Positions 39,556 to 51,652 of a DNA stretch of 64,000 bases are shown in pieces. The DNA is from Lingula anatina. Taxonomy: Eukaryota; Animalia; Brachiopoda. The notes beneath the pieces are model-generated. The model ran no database searches and was not told the DNA's origin. It saw only the letters and a program-made list of their open reading frames with translations. The stretch is from NCBI GenBank assembly GCA_051362555.1, contig CM120649.1, forward strand, positions 9,486,001 to 9,550,000, given 5' to 3'. The stretch's first letter is position 1; each line of letters begins with the position of its first letter. The position numbers and the translations under genes are program-made.

Positions 39556-42500
39556 ACTAGAGGATCAGAGAGGCGATACCGCCTCCAAATATTGTACCAC
39601 CAGCTGGAGCAAACGCATTCGTATAGACCCCCACATACACAAAATAAGGGACACAGCCACCAGTTTTGTGCTTGACAAGCTGTAAAAATGCAATCAACAA
39701 GAATTTTTAAACTATTGCAAAAAATATATATGGTACAATCAAATTTAAGTTCTTCGTAAGGTAGGTCAAGGGTCAATTTCAAGGTCACAGTAAATTGCCA
39801 GTATATGACTTCCTATTCAAGTTCAAGAGTAACTATGGACCTATCTCTGTCAAGTTTAAAGTTAAAAGAGAAAGAAATTAGCAGAGTTCAGTTCATGATA
39901 AAAAGTAGGTCAAAGGTCAATTTCAAGGTCACACTTAGATTGCCAGTATAGGACTTCCTATTCAACTTCAATAGTAACTATGGACCTATCTCAGCCAGTT
40001 TTGGAGATAAAAGGGAAGCAAAATTTGCAAAATTCAGTTCATGGTGAAAAGTAGGTCAAAGGTCAATTTCAAGGTCACATTTAGATTGCCAGTATATGAC
40101 TTTCTATTCAAGTTCAATAGTAACTATGGAACTATCTCTGCCAGTTTTGGAGATAAAAGGGAAGCAAAATTTGCAAAGTTCAGTTTATGGTGAAAAGTAG
40201 GACAAAGGTCAATTTTAATGTCACATATATAATGCCAGTATATGACTTCCTATTCAAGTTCAATAGTAACAACGGACCTATCTCAGCCAGTTTTGGAGAT
40301 AAAAGGGAAGAAAAGTTTGCAAAGTTCAGTTCATGGTGAAAAGTAGGTCAAAGGTCAATTTCAAGGTCACATTTAGATTGCCAGTATATGACTTCCTATT
40401 CAAGTTCAATAGTAACTACGGTTCTATCTCTGCCAGTTTTGGAGATAAAAGGGAAGCAAAATTTGCAAAGTTCAGTTTATGGTGAAAAGTAGGTCAAAGG
40501 TCAATTTCAAGGTCACATTTAGATTGCCAGTATATGACTTCCTATTCAAGTTCAATAGTAACTACCGACTTATCTCTGCCAGTTTTGGAGATAAAAGGGA
40601 AGCAAAATTTGCAAAGTTCAGTTTATGGTGAAAAGAAGGTCAAAGGTCAATTTCAAGGTCACATTTAGATTGTCAGTATATGACTTCCTATTCATGTTCA
40701 ATAGTAACTATGGACCTATCTCAGCCAGTTTTGGAGATAAAAGGAAAGCAAAATTTGCAAAATTCAGTTCATGGTGTAAAGTAGGTCAAAGGTCAATTTC
40801 AAGGTCACATTTAGATTGCCAGTATATGACTTCCTTTTCAAGTTCAATAGTAACTACGGACCTATCTCAGCCAGTTTTGGAGATAAAAGGGAAGAAAAGT
40901 TTGCAAAGTTCAGTTCATGGTAAAAAGTAGGTCAAAGGTCAATTTCAAGGTCACATTTAGATTGCCAGTATATGACTTCCTATTCAAGTTCAATAGTAAC
41001 TATGGACCTATCTCTGCCAGTTTTGGAGATAAAAGGGAAGCAAAATTTGCAAAGTTCAGTTTATGGTGAAAAGTAGGTCAAAGGTCAATTTCAAGGTCAC
41101 ATTTAGATTGCCAGTATATGACTTCCTATTCAAGTTCAATAGTAACTACGGACCTATCTCAGCCAGTTTTGGAGATAAAAGGAAAGCAAAATTTGCAAAA
41201 TTCAGTTCATGGTGTAAAGTAGGTCAAAGGTCAATTTTAAGGTCACATTTAGATTGCCAGTATATGACTTCCTATTCAACTTCAATAGTAACTACGGACC
41301 TATCTCTGCCAGTTTTGGAGATAAAAGGGAAGAAAAATTTGCAAAGTTCAGTTTATGGTGAAAAGTAGGTCAAAGGTCAATTTTAAGGTCACATTTAGAT
41401 TGCCAGTATATGACTTCCTATTCAAGTTCAATAGTAACTACGGACCTATCTCTGCCAGTTTTGGAGATAAAAGGAAAGCAAAATTTGCAAAATTCAGTTC
41501 ATGGTGTAAAGTAGGTCAAAGGTCAATTTTAAGGTCACATTTAGATTGCCAGTATATGACTTCCTATTCAAGTTCAATAGTAACTACGGACCTATGTCTG
41601 CCAGTTTTGGAGATAAAAGGGAAGAAAAATTTGCAAAGTGCAGTTCATGGTGAAAAGTAGGTCAAAGGTCAATTTCAAGGTCATAGTAAGATTGCCAGTA
41701 TATGACTTCCTATTCAACTTCAATAGTAACTATGGACCTATCTCTGCCAGTTTTGGAGATATAAGGGACTAGATGTTATAATTTTGGAGTTACCATAATG
41801 TGCCTTAAATTTCGTACAGAAAAAATTAATTAAAATAAAGAAAATGTCATTTTGGTCAAAATTCTTGAAATAGGAGGTGCTCTGAAGTTTCAGAAGTTCA
41901 AATTTGATGAAATAATGTCATTTTAGAACACAAGTTGTCTGCTTTGCCAAGCCTTATGTTTTATTTTTCCAGAGTTCAAAATTTATTATCCATTACCGTA
42001 CTGCACATTTTGCTTTTACCACCAATATGTACTTTTTGATACAGCGTAACTCGAAAACCGTATGGAATACAAAATAACCGAGACCACCTCCAGTGTTGGG
42101 CTTTACATGCTCTACAAAATGCAAAAAAGAATGGGTCTCTAGCATTAACGGTTCCCGAATTAGAGACAGTTTTCAGTTTCGGTATCTTATGGCCGCTACT
42201 CCCGTGAAAATGCACCGATTGACCCCAAATTCATGGAGATGAAAGATGACCTGAAGGGTAACACTTTCCAATAATATTATTGGTTAAGTCTGTGTGGTGT
42301 CTGAATAACAGGGCAAAAAAAATTTTTTTCGTAAAAAAATTCATTTTTTTGAAAATTTTGGCCCATTTGACCTTGAAGTAGAGGTCAAAGGTCAAATCCA
42401 AGGGTATATTTGAAATCTACACATATGACTTTTGGAAAGCCGTCTATAGAAATTTTTCCCATAACTCCTTCCGTAGGGTAGATAATTAGCATTTAATTTT

Positions 42501-42748
42501 GCCATTTTTAGACAAGGGTGCATTGCAATGAGTGCCACACCCAGACCCCAATACCGACAAAGCCCAAATTTTACGTGGAACGAGTTGAGATTATAGGTGA
42601 CCTAAATCCATGAGATGGGTACGGGGGCCCTTACCGTCTAGGAGGAGAAGCGGTAACGGTAGCCGTCCGGTGGAGCCGGCGGAGCCGGCGGAACGATCCG
42701 GACGGGACCGAAACCATGTGTACCGCCAGCGCTAACGCTGGTGGTACA
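39556..42748 (-). mobile_element. HINE-like element family 2, copy 1 (3.2 kb)
   Basis: Left: actag, stem-loop gaggcg-atac-cgcctc, subTIR ttgtaccaccagc. Right: hairpin gtaccgccagcg-ctaa-cgctggtggtac, preceded by (ccggcggag)n. Inserted between As with no TSD (empty site aagtaatgatg at ~29763). Confidence 0.82.
39760..41770. repeat. 146-bp tandem array (~13-14 copies) inside HINE family 2
   Basis: Monomer marked by aaagtaggtcaaaggtcaatttcaaggtcac; ORF starts at 40625, 41063 and 41355 differ by 438 and 292 bp (3x and 2x146). Confidence 0.95.
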
Positions 42749-43797
42749 ATAATGTATTAAAAAGTATACCCCCATCTATGAATTATTGTCTGTATTCATG
42801 TCAATAAACTACATAGTTTTAAATAATATTTTTATAAAGACAAAATGCTGAAATGCAAACCTTTTTCAATTTATATATATATTATAGCATTTTCAATTAC
42901 TTTTCAAAGTTACATTTAAACTAGAGCCATTTAAACTAGTTACATTTAAACTAGTTTAAAGTGCTGGATTAAATTTGAACACTTTTCAAGGCTGTATGGA
43001 TCCTGGTGCATCAGTAAATAATGGGAAAATAAAAAGTCACTTACCAGTACATGCTCACATCTTATCCTGTCTCTATATCTCTTCATTTTCTAATTTCCAA
43101 AAAGATGTCTTCTTTTTATATCCAGAAATTGATGGCTTGTGATGAATCTGGTCTAGTGAAAGTTATCGGTTTAAAAGTCAAGTGATGCTAACTTATATAT
43201 TAAATTTATATATTGTGCAATTGTACATTATAATAAGATTTCAATCATTTGTCTGATTTCAATAACAATAATAATCATAATAATAGCAATAATAATAAAT
43301 TTGTTTCACAGCATTATATAAAAATAGAAAACTGTTAACTCAGTTATTTTTTTATCGGTGAAGTCTATGTACTATATATGAGGGTATATAGCTTGGTTGA
43401 CAAATAAAAGCAGAAAACTGTTTTTTAACCCAAGGAATTTGACAAACTCTTCATAAAAAAATTATGTTTTTTTAATCCTAAAAACTAAATGTTACTGATC
43501 AATAAATAATCACATGTGTTTCTCAGTTGTGAACAGAAACATTTTTATTATTACAGAAACATTATTCATTTCTATTGAGTTGTTAATTGGATATGTTGGC
43601 CCAACGTTAGGCCAACGTTTGCAATAAATATGCACACGTTGGCCCAACGTTGGGCCAACGTGAGCATATTGCAGTTATGTTGTGCATATTATGATGTGGT
43701 TGGGCCAACGTATTACTACCAACGCCAACTATGTGCCAACAAACTAACGATTCCCCTACGTTGGCCCAACGTATGCTTGCTATCTGGGTTTATGTAG

Positions 43798-44395
43798 GAT
43801 GTTGAAAGAAGTCACAGGGTCTCCAGTCAGTGTGGGCAAAGCAGGGTTGGTGATTCACCCACTCCACTATTTTCTGGTAGCTTCTGTAGATGGGATGGTG
43901 ACTGACAACAGCTACAACCCCCCACAAGGAGTATTGGAAGTCAAATGCCCCTTTCCCCCCCCAAGATCAGACCCTTCAGGGGCTAGTGGCTTCCCGGAAA
44001 GACTTTTGTCTTGTCCCCGGAGCAGAGGAAGTCTGTGCTATGCAGTGCATGAGGACGAGGCGGCTATGGAAATTTCTCATAAAACTCGCAAGCTTAAGCT
44101 TAATGAAAAACACATTTATTACTGTCAAGTCCAGATGCAGCTTGCAGTAACCAACAGACAGTGGTGCGATTTTGTAGTCTTTTTAACATCAGAAAAGAGG
44201 GAAGGGTGCCTGTCCACTGAAGTATTTGTCCAGAGAGTGCACTTCAATAGTGTCTTGTGGCAGACTACAATTTTACCCAAGATAACAAATTTCTACAGGA
44301 ATGCTCTTGTTCCAGAGATTTTGAGTCAAGGCGTGTTTAGAGGCAAGAGATTGTACATACATTCATATCATTACAAGTACAGGTCAAAGTGTTAG
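43798..44395 (+). CDS. YqaJ / lambda-exonuclease-like nuclease, last exon (5' part missing)
   Basis: GLVIHP..FLVASVDG, LEVKCP, YYCQVQMQL, WCDFVV are PD-(D/E)xK YqaJ motifs. Preceded by a possible splice acceptor tttatgtag. Confidence 0.85.
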
Positions 44396-44959
44396 ACATT
44401 GAGAAATTATGAGCTCAAGTGTTACAACTTTGGTAAATTTGTCTTCTTTAATGGAAACCTTTTTTTTTATTGTTTAACATGTGATAATATTCTCTGTATT
44501 AAAAGCATTTAATTTATGATGGCAATTTTTGGTACTGAGCATTTTGAGTAAATGTATAACTGTGATGATATTTGAGAGATTTTATTACTCAACATATTGT
44601 ATTACTTATTAAATACATACATGTACATGGTCGGATGAGATTTATTATCCATTTGGTGTTTTTACCATATTTATGTGTAGTTTACACAATATGTGATGTG
44701 TCTTTTATTGTAACTTGGTGCTGTATCATTAAGATTAAGCCTCCCTAGAAATTGTGATGGTGCTTCTTAAGTTAACATTCCAGAAAATATTTCCTTACAA
44801 ACAAGTTTTGTAACTGTGATTAAAGGCATCTGTGATGGAACATTTTTACTTCCCAAATAAATTTAATAAGATATTCACATTCTTGTTTCTCACGTTTCAG
44901 ACAGCCTAGTTAATCAGAACAGTCTGGACAGTTTTCAGTCTGCACATGATAATTTTACC

Positions 44960-46689
44960 AGTCATTCAGAAAATAATGGCTCTGTGCATAGGTTCACTAA
45001 ATAAAAACATGACCCATATCTTGTTCAAATCACTAGCCACTGAGTTTGGAAAAACATAATTCAGTAAACGATAGTTTTTAATTCTCCCGATAACACGTTC
45101 CATATGAATTCTGAGCCTGGCAATTCTTCTTTTTTCTTCCTCTTCCGCAGGACTAGGTTGTCCCTAAGAACCAATAAATGGAGGGATATTCAATTTTACC
45201 TTCCTCTTCGCGAGATATTTATCAATTAGGAATCCTCGGTCTGCCATGACAGAATCCCCCTCGTCCATCAGATCCACAAGTCCACTAAGTTCTGTCATTT
45301 CTTTGTCTGACATGCGCCCAGGAGCCAAATCTGACACATAACTGATAAATCCATTTGGTGCTATTCCCACAAGTCCTTTGGCAGTATTGTGACTTTTGTA
45401 GGAAGAATATGTCTCTGACTGTGTAACGTATCCTGATGGCCTTTCAATGAAAAGTTCTGTACAGTCCAAAATGACCCTCGTAGATGGATACTCTTCTTTG
45501 AAGCACTGTGGCATAGTAGCTTCTACAATTTCTTTAGATGACCAGATTGGCAACTTCCGGAAGCGAAAATGCATCAGCTCAAAATATGTCCTGCAAATCC
45601 ATGAAACTGTTGCTACACCTACTCCCATCCTATAAACACATGAAAATATAAACCAATCAATGAAACAAATGCTATGTCAGTTTCTTTAAATTAATCATTT
45701 TTCTCAAAAAAGTGAACATAAATTAAAGGTGTAAATTCCAACATGCACTTGAATATAATATATAAAGAATACATATAAGTACTGTACTGTCAGTCTATGT
45801 AGTAAGTATACATTAATATAAGCTTATACCTGAAAGCTAGGTCTTCTCCTAGTAATCCAACTCTCAGCCTGGCCAAGACAAGAAGTAATTCATCTTCTGA
45901 ATCTAAAGAACAGGTGTATTTTTCTCTTTGTCTTTGTCATGGTAAGTTGAACCCCAGTAGTGCATATATCAGAAATATCTGGAGACAGAAAGTCATGAAA
46001 GTTCTTGAACTCTACATAAGAAGAAAACCCTGTGTAAAACTTAATAGCTTCTGGTCTGTCTTTCAAAGACTCCATGCTGAAAGTGTTTTCTTTCTTCTTC
46101 TCTTCTTCAAGTTTTTTCTGGAGATCTTTATAACGCTCTTCCCACACATCATTTTCTTCTGCATTCTTCTTTGTCTGTTCCCAATCGGTCTGGCATTGTT
46201 TAAGATGTTGTATTGTCTCTGAAAGTTCTTTTTGTATATCATGCAATTTGTCCTCCATTTCATGAATAATCCCACTTTTTTCTTTCACAGATTTGAGAAG
46301 GTCCTTCATGTCTGAATGTGGCAAGCTGTAGGAATGGTTGTCGTAATGTCCGACGTCTCTTTTTGCATTTTCCGACATTGACTCAGTGACAGGTGGTGTT
46401 TGTCTTATCAAAGTTCTCCTAGATTGAGTTACCTTTTCTGTTAGGTATCTAAATACCGTTGGTCTTCTGTTAGTGTACGTTTTCTCCCCTCCTTCGAAGG
46501 TTCAGAGCAAACGTGGTGCCCTGTTGTTGGCTCAAACCTACTGAACTTCCCTTTCTTCAAAGCTCTACCAATGTTATCAACCCATTCTTTCCCTTCCTCC
46601 GTGTCTGCTGGGAAAGTGTAAAAGCTCAAATGTCTATCTCTCTGATTGTTATTGTAACAGTGAGGCACACAGCAAGTAAATCGAGGCAT
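44960..46689 (-). pseudogene. THAP + coiled-coil + HTH + DDE_Tnp_4-type transposase; intron 45630-45829; frameshifts and a premature stop at 45164
   Basis: MPRFTCCVPHC...FP...W...VCS (THAP); IKFYTGF; LARLRVGLLGEDLAFR|MGVGVATVS spliced across GT-AG in frame; ILDCTE, MADRGF and, after the stop, RIHMERVIGRIK. Confidence 0.88.
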
Positions 46690-47288
46690 GATTTGAGTAT
46701 CTGATGCTATACGTAATGACGACCAGAGGACTCCCCTACCCACAATGCAATTTCCATTTCCTGAAAAGATGAAAAAGGTCTATAGCAATATTGTTGTTGC
46801 ACTGACCTTTGCTAATACTGTGTGGTTGTAGAACGAGATGGTGAACAGATGAATTCAACTGTCCTCAGAGTGATGATAATACAGGAAACACACCTTCATT
46901 TCTACTGAAAACAGATAACAAATCATCAATAAAATATATATATATGTGTGTAGACATATATGGTAGTTACAACACAGAAATAACACAGTGATCAAAATAT
47001 ATTATTATATTATAACTAGAGGATCAGAGAGGTGATACCGCCTCCAGATATTGTACCACCAGCTGGAGTAAGCGCATTCATATGGACCCCCCCCCCCCAA
47101 GGTCACAGATTGCCAGTGTATTACTTCCTATTCAAGTTCAATAGTAACTATGGACCTATCTCTGCCAGTTTTGGAGATAAAAGGGAATGAAAATTTGCAA
47201 AGTTCAGTTTATGGTAAAAAGTAGGTCAAAGGTCAATTTTAAGGTCACAGTAAATTGCCAGTATATGACTTCCTATTTAAGTTTAATA

Positions 47289-48809
47289 CCGTACTAGTAT
47301 TAAGAATGTGTATATTTACCCCGTGGACCATTTGAAGATTACACTGCGATTAATGCGGTGGAAGATACAATAGAGAGAGTGTATAATGATAGGGTTGCTA
47401 AACGATTGTTGACGGCATATAGTAACTAGCCTAATCCCCTGGTCGCCTGGGTAGCCACGCCCCCTTAGAGTAATTGTGTAAACAAATGGTCTCCAGTAGC
47501 GAACTATCCTTTTGTTGAACAGCTTCGCGCGTGCAGCTGATTATGTACGTAGTGACACTATAGCTATCTGCATATAAATTTGTGCTAGCTGTTATTTGAT
47601 TCATTCTGCTTGGCGGATGTTGTGGATCAGCCCACTGGTTCGTTGACTTATTTTTTTCTGAAGATTGGTGATGCAGATTTTGAGTGCTTAATTATTTACC
47701 CTCCTAACAAGAGAAAGGGGAAGGGAGAGAAAAAGAGAGAGTGTCAAATGAAATGGGTAATGAGTAATACAATATATTAAATAAAGGGACTCGCAGTGGA
47801 AGACACGATAGACTAGCTGTTTTGCATCAAGGTATGACATTATAATCCGACATGGCCCATAACATTCATAATAAACACCCACTGATTAATCAGACTAGAA
47901 CGCGTGGCGATAAAATGTGTCACTAGATCTTGTAAACACTCAGCAAAATGCACCCAGTGACTATATTCAATGTGCCGTCACTTAATTGCTTTCTCGATTT
48001 CATTAATTGACGATAGTAATTGCAGTAAACAAGGAAGAGGAAATGCTGAAGACAAAATAACGTCGGGTCTTTGTGTGACTTTCTCCCTAAACACTTTTTA
48101 TGTTGCTGTCAAAGAAAAAGGAGCCGAGATAACGATCATTTAAATCACTGCTGCTGCTTTTGCAGATACACTTCCTCGTTTATCATTTAAATGCTCCCCT
48201 CCCCCAACAGACCTAACTTGATGAATGTCATAGTAGTTATAGTACACTGTATATCAGATCTGGGTTCAAGTTATGAAAGGTTTAAGCACAAAACGATAAT
48301 TTGAGGCTATTTTTTTTATTCAAGACAAAATAAAGTATCTATGGTGTGTGACAATACCCAGCAGGCATAGTTGCGTTGGATCAACGTTGAAAACAGGTTG
48401 ATACATTGAATTGCAGTTGATCTACCTAAATTCAAAGTTAAATCAACGTTGATCCAGCCACGTTGACTCAACGTTGTATTTTGGTCAATGACACAACCTT
48501 GCAGTTATAGATTGTAATTTGAAATATTAATTATTGAAAATGTGATACTTTGTTTATCAATACTGTAATCAATATTGTAATAAATTTATCAAAATAATAA
48601 CAAAATGGTTTTAAAGTAAAAGTGACAGTTGTTTTGTGTCTTTAGTTAACTAGTGAATTTTCTTATCTTGTTATTCAGAAATACATTCCAATAAACTGAA
48701 CTGCTTGCAAGGTCAGCTAACACTAGAATGAATAAGTTGCTGTAATGTGATGGAGTTAACAGTTCTTGGTAACTTGTTATAGATAGACAGGTTGAGGTGA
48801 CTGTGACCT

Positions 48810-48864
<55 letters not shown>

Positions 48865-51499
48865 TCTAAACCTTTGAAATTTTAACTTACAGGCCATACA
48901 TTTATACCCTACATAAATTTAGCCATCAAACATGTCCTACTGCTAAATACATCCAGGCAAATTTCCCGCTGGGTGGGGATGATATAACATTGTTTTCTGA
49001 CGTTGATACAACGTTGTTATCTGAGGTTGACACAACTTTCAAATCCAACATTTATTCAATGTCTTTTCAACGTTATGGTTCAATGTTGTTTCAACGTTAA
49101 AACAACATAATTTGCCCTCTGGGATAGGGACTTTACAAAGCTTTAATTTGTCCTTAAATATATATTCCAGTAGCATATGGATTTAGGCGAGCGACGTAAT
49201 TGTAACCCAAAAGCATCAGGATGAACACTGAAAAGCGGAGTACAAAAATTAACTTTTTAAATATCGATTACAATATGCTGTACAATGACAATGAGTCAAA
49301 AAGGGTTAATGGACTTCTTTGTCTTAAAAGAAATTAATTTCGAAATTAAAAGAAAGTTTTTTTCGGGGAGCGTGGCTAGACAGTTTACATCAGGTGATAC
49401 GTTAAATTCGAGGAGTGTTTCACTGTCATAAAAACACTATAAGAAAGTTTTTTATTATGATCTGCAACATTTGTTCATTTATATAGCAGGGCGAAGTTAA
49501 CGCCAGAGGTAAATAGTAACTAATACCGTAATCTTCCTCGTCCATTTATTTAAATCGTATCAAAACGTTTGATACACAATGTTCATTAACGTCATAATTT
49601 TGGCGATTTATTAAAACCATATTTGTACATGATAGATAAGCATAAGTTAAGCAACAACCAGTATGAAGAACAACACCCTTTTTAAATGAGGCAAAACACC
49701 CTCTTCACACTGATTATAACCTTGAGAAAGCATTATGCAACAAGGCAAAGGAATTATGCAAAGTTCTTTCAACTCGTGTGTGAATACAACACATTCTTTG
49801 TCACTTTTACAAGACAATGGAGGCGAGCAAGTGGAGTAATTACAATATACAATAAAAAGGACATTAGTTTAGAAAGCTTACTTCGGGTCAGCCCTTTGCT
49901 TGTTCGAATGAAAGAGATAGATATCGCGCCGCGACTCCCTTTATTTAACCTTCGTTTGTTTGTGTAAATGTGTGAAAGACAGGCAATGGTCTTGAGTCGC
50001 TGTTGATATTGTTCGCGATTAATATTGAAGTATAACTCCTTCGCCTGCATGTACAGTAAACGTGTTACTTTTCCTCATGTTCACTATATTTTTTTTAGGT
50101 GGTTGAGACAAGGCGATGAGATTGATAAAAGTAGAGGTTAATCTAAACAATTAAGTGCAATTTTTGTGAAATGACTTATTAAGTAATGTGCATGTACCTA
50201 GCATGTTTAAATTTTTGAATTTCTAATTTGTAAAATCTTTCATACACGGCCTCATATTTGTATTGCTCTCAGGCCATACTCTTTGATATTATTGTATTAC
50301 AAGGGACTCCTGGAAACCTGAAGCACATGGCATTGTGAAAGTTAATTCGCTACGGAGTCTTGTTATCCTCCATGCAGTTTTATAGCTTGGATGAACACTG
50401 CGAAGTAGAAACAGGCTTTACTTAGCTTTACTTAATATACGACAGTTTAAACAAAACCAGTCTGCAAGGCTTGCTTTGATCTGGTGTTAACCTGACACTG
50501 GTTTTTCAAAGAACAAAATATGTTCGACATGGCGTTTCACAGTAATTGTATAAGCATGGTTTAAGCTTGTTTGAGAGATAATAATAGTCGCGTTTAACAA
50601 TAGATAGCAAGCTATAGTAAGACCCCCTCCTCTTTAACTGATGATTTACACTGTTAATTGACCCTTGGACCTAAATATGTGAATAATCTTATTATGTCCA
50701 TGATTGACCGTACACTCGTATATTGTATGATCACACAGCCAGACTTCCTCCTGTTGCACGTTAGAGTTGGATTGTCCCTGCGCCTATGTCAATGCACCTC
50801 ATTTAATTTCAATATTATAATATAAGCATAGTATAAGTAATATATTCTTTCTTTATTCCTCTTTCATTATCATTCATGTTTTAAAAATACTTGAAGACTT
50901 GAATGCAGATGTTTCAAATTAAAACGTAAGTACATGAATAAATTATACATTTATAAATTAATGCAATAAGAATTTTTTGAGACACATTGATGCTGACGCT
51001 CATGCATCTCAATCAAACAAACAATACTTAGTTCAATTTTTGACTGCGGAAATTTCATATTGGATGAATAACTGATAACAAATTTAACTAGCAGTTTGTT
51101 AGCAACACTAAAAACCAGCTGCGCATGCCAAACTAGTGAACAAAAGGAAAGTTTGCTTCGCGTGGCACGGGCATGGGTTTTAGCCTCTTAAAGCTATAAT
51201 CCTATCGCCGCAACAAACAATAGGGACCTTCTGGCTGATGTATCCTGCTGTTAATTACACCTAGTTACAGCGGATTGTCGCACTCGCACTGGACCACAGA
51301 AACTGGCGTCATGGAGTTCACTTGTCTTAAGTATTGTGTTATTCCACCTAAGCTATTGTGTTTGTGCATTCGAATTTTGAAGGGATTTATATGGCCCTCC
51401 ATTGTTTGTCCGCCCCCTTCTATTCACAAGATAGGGATTAAAACATTTTGAATGTTGTTACACCGGTGTACAACGGAAACAAAATTATTACTACCACTG
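47289..51499 (+). mobile_element. Unclassified non-coding TA-flanked element, copy A (4.2 kb)
   Basis: TA|ccgtactagtattaa...ttattactaccactg|TA; 11/15 imperfect TIR; interrupts the 146-bp monomer at aaTA|gtaac. Confidence 0.7.
48357..49123. mobile_element. CCCAG...CTGGG MITE (CMC/EnSpm-like, second family)
   Basis: cccagcaggca...tgccctctggg, ata on both flanks, subterminal caacgttg repeats; absent from the homologous position of copy B. Confidence 0.72.
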
Positions 51500-51652
51500 T
51501 AGTAACTACGGACCTACCTCTGCCAGTTTTGGAGATAAAAGGGAACCAAATTTTGCAAAGTTCAATTAATGATGAACAGTAGGTCAAAGGTCAATTTTAA
51601 GATCACAGTAAATTGCCTGTAATTACTTTCTATTCAAATTCAATAGTAACTA

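Larger units (their letters stand above)
36110..43788. mobile_element. CMC/EnSpm-like element copy 2 (left end lost), carrying two nested insertions
   Basis: 36110-36146 plus 39371-39555 match 27361-27560; 42750-43788 matches 29765-31055. Complete right terminus tgctatctggg followed by tt. Confidence 0.75.
43789..46781 (-). mobile_element. ISL2EU-type (PIF/Harbinger-related) DNA transposon, one end lost
   Basis: Convergent THAP-DDE transposase and YqaJ exonuclease genes. Surviving terminus (minus strand AT|AGACCTTTTTC) adjoins macro-repeat sequence atagcaat. Confidence 0.82.

Noticed and set aside
39760-41770. Regular repeats as a possible CRISPR array
   Set aside because: Whole 146-bp monomers repeat with no unique spacers; no cas genes; eukaryotic TE context.
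43799-44395. YqaJ as evidence of a prophage or bacterial contamination
   Set aside because: It is paired with an intron-containing THAP transposase, as in eukaryotic ISL2EU elements; no other phage genes.
45164-46743. Domesticated host THAP or HARBI1-like gene
   Set aside because: Frameshifts, a premature stop before the catalytic Glu, loss of the THAP His, and a transposon-like terminus.
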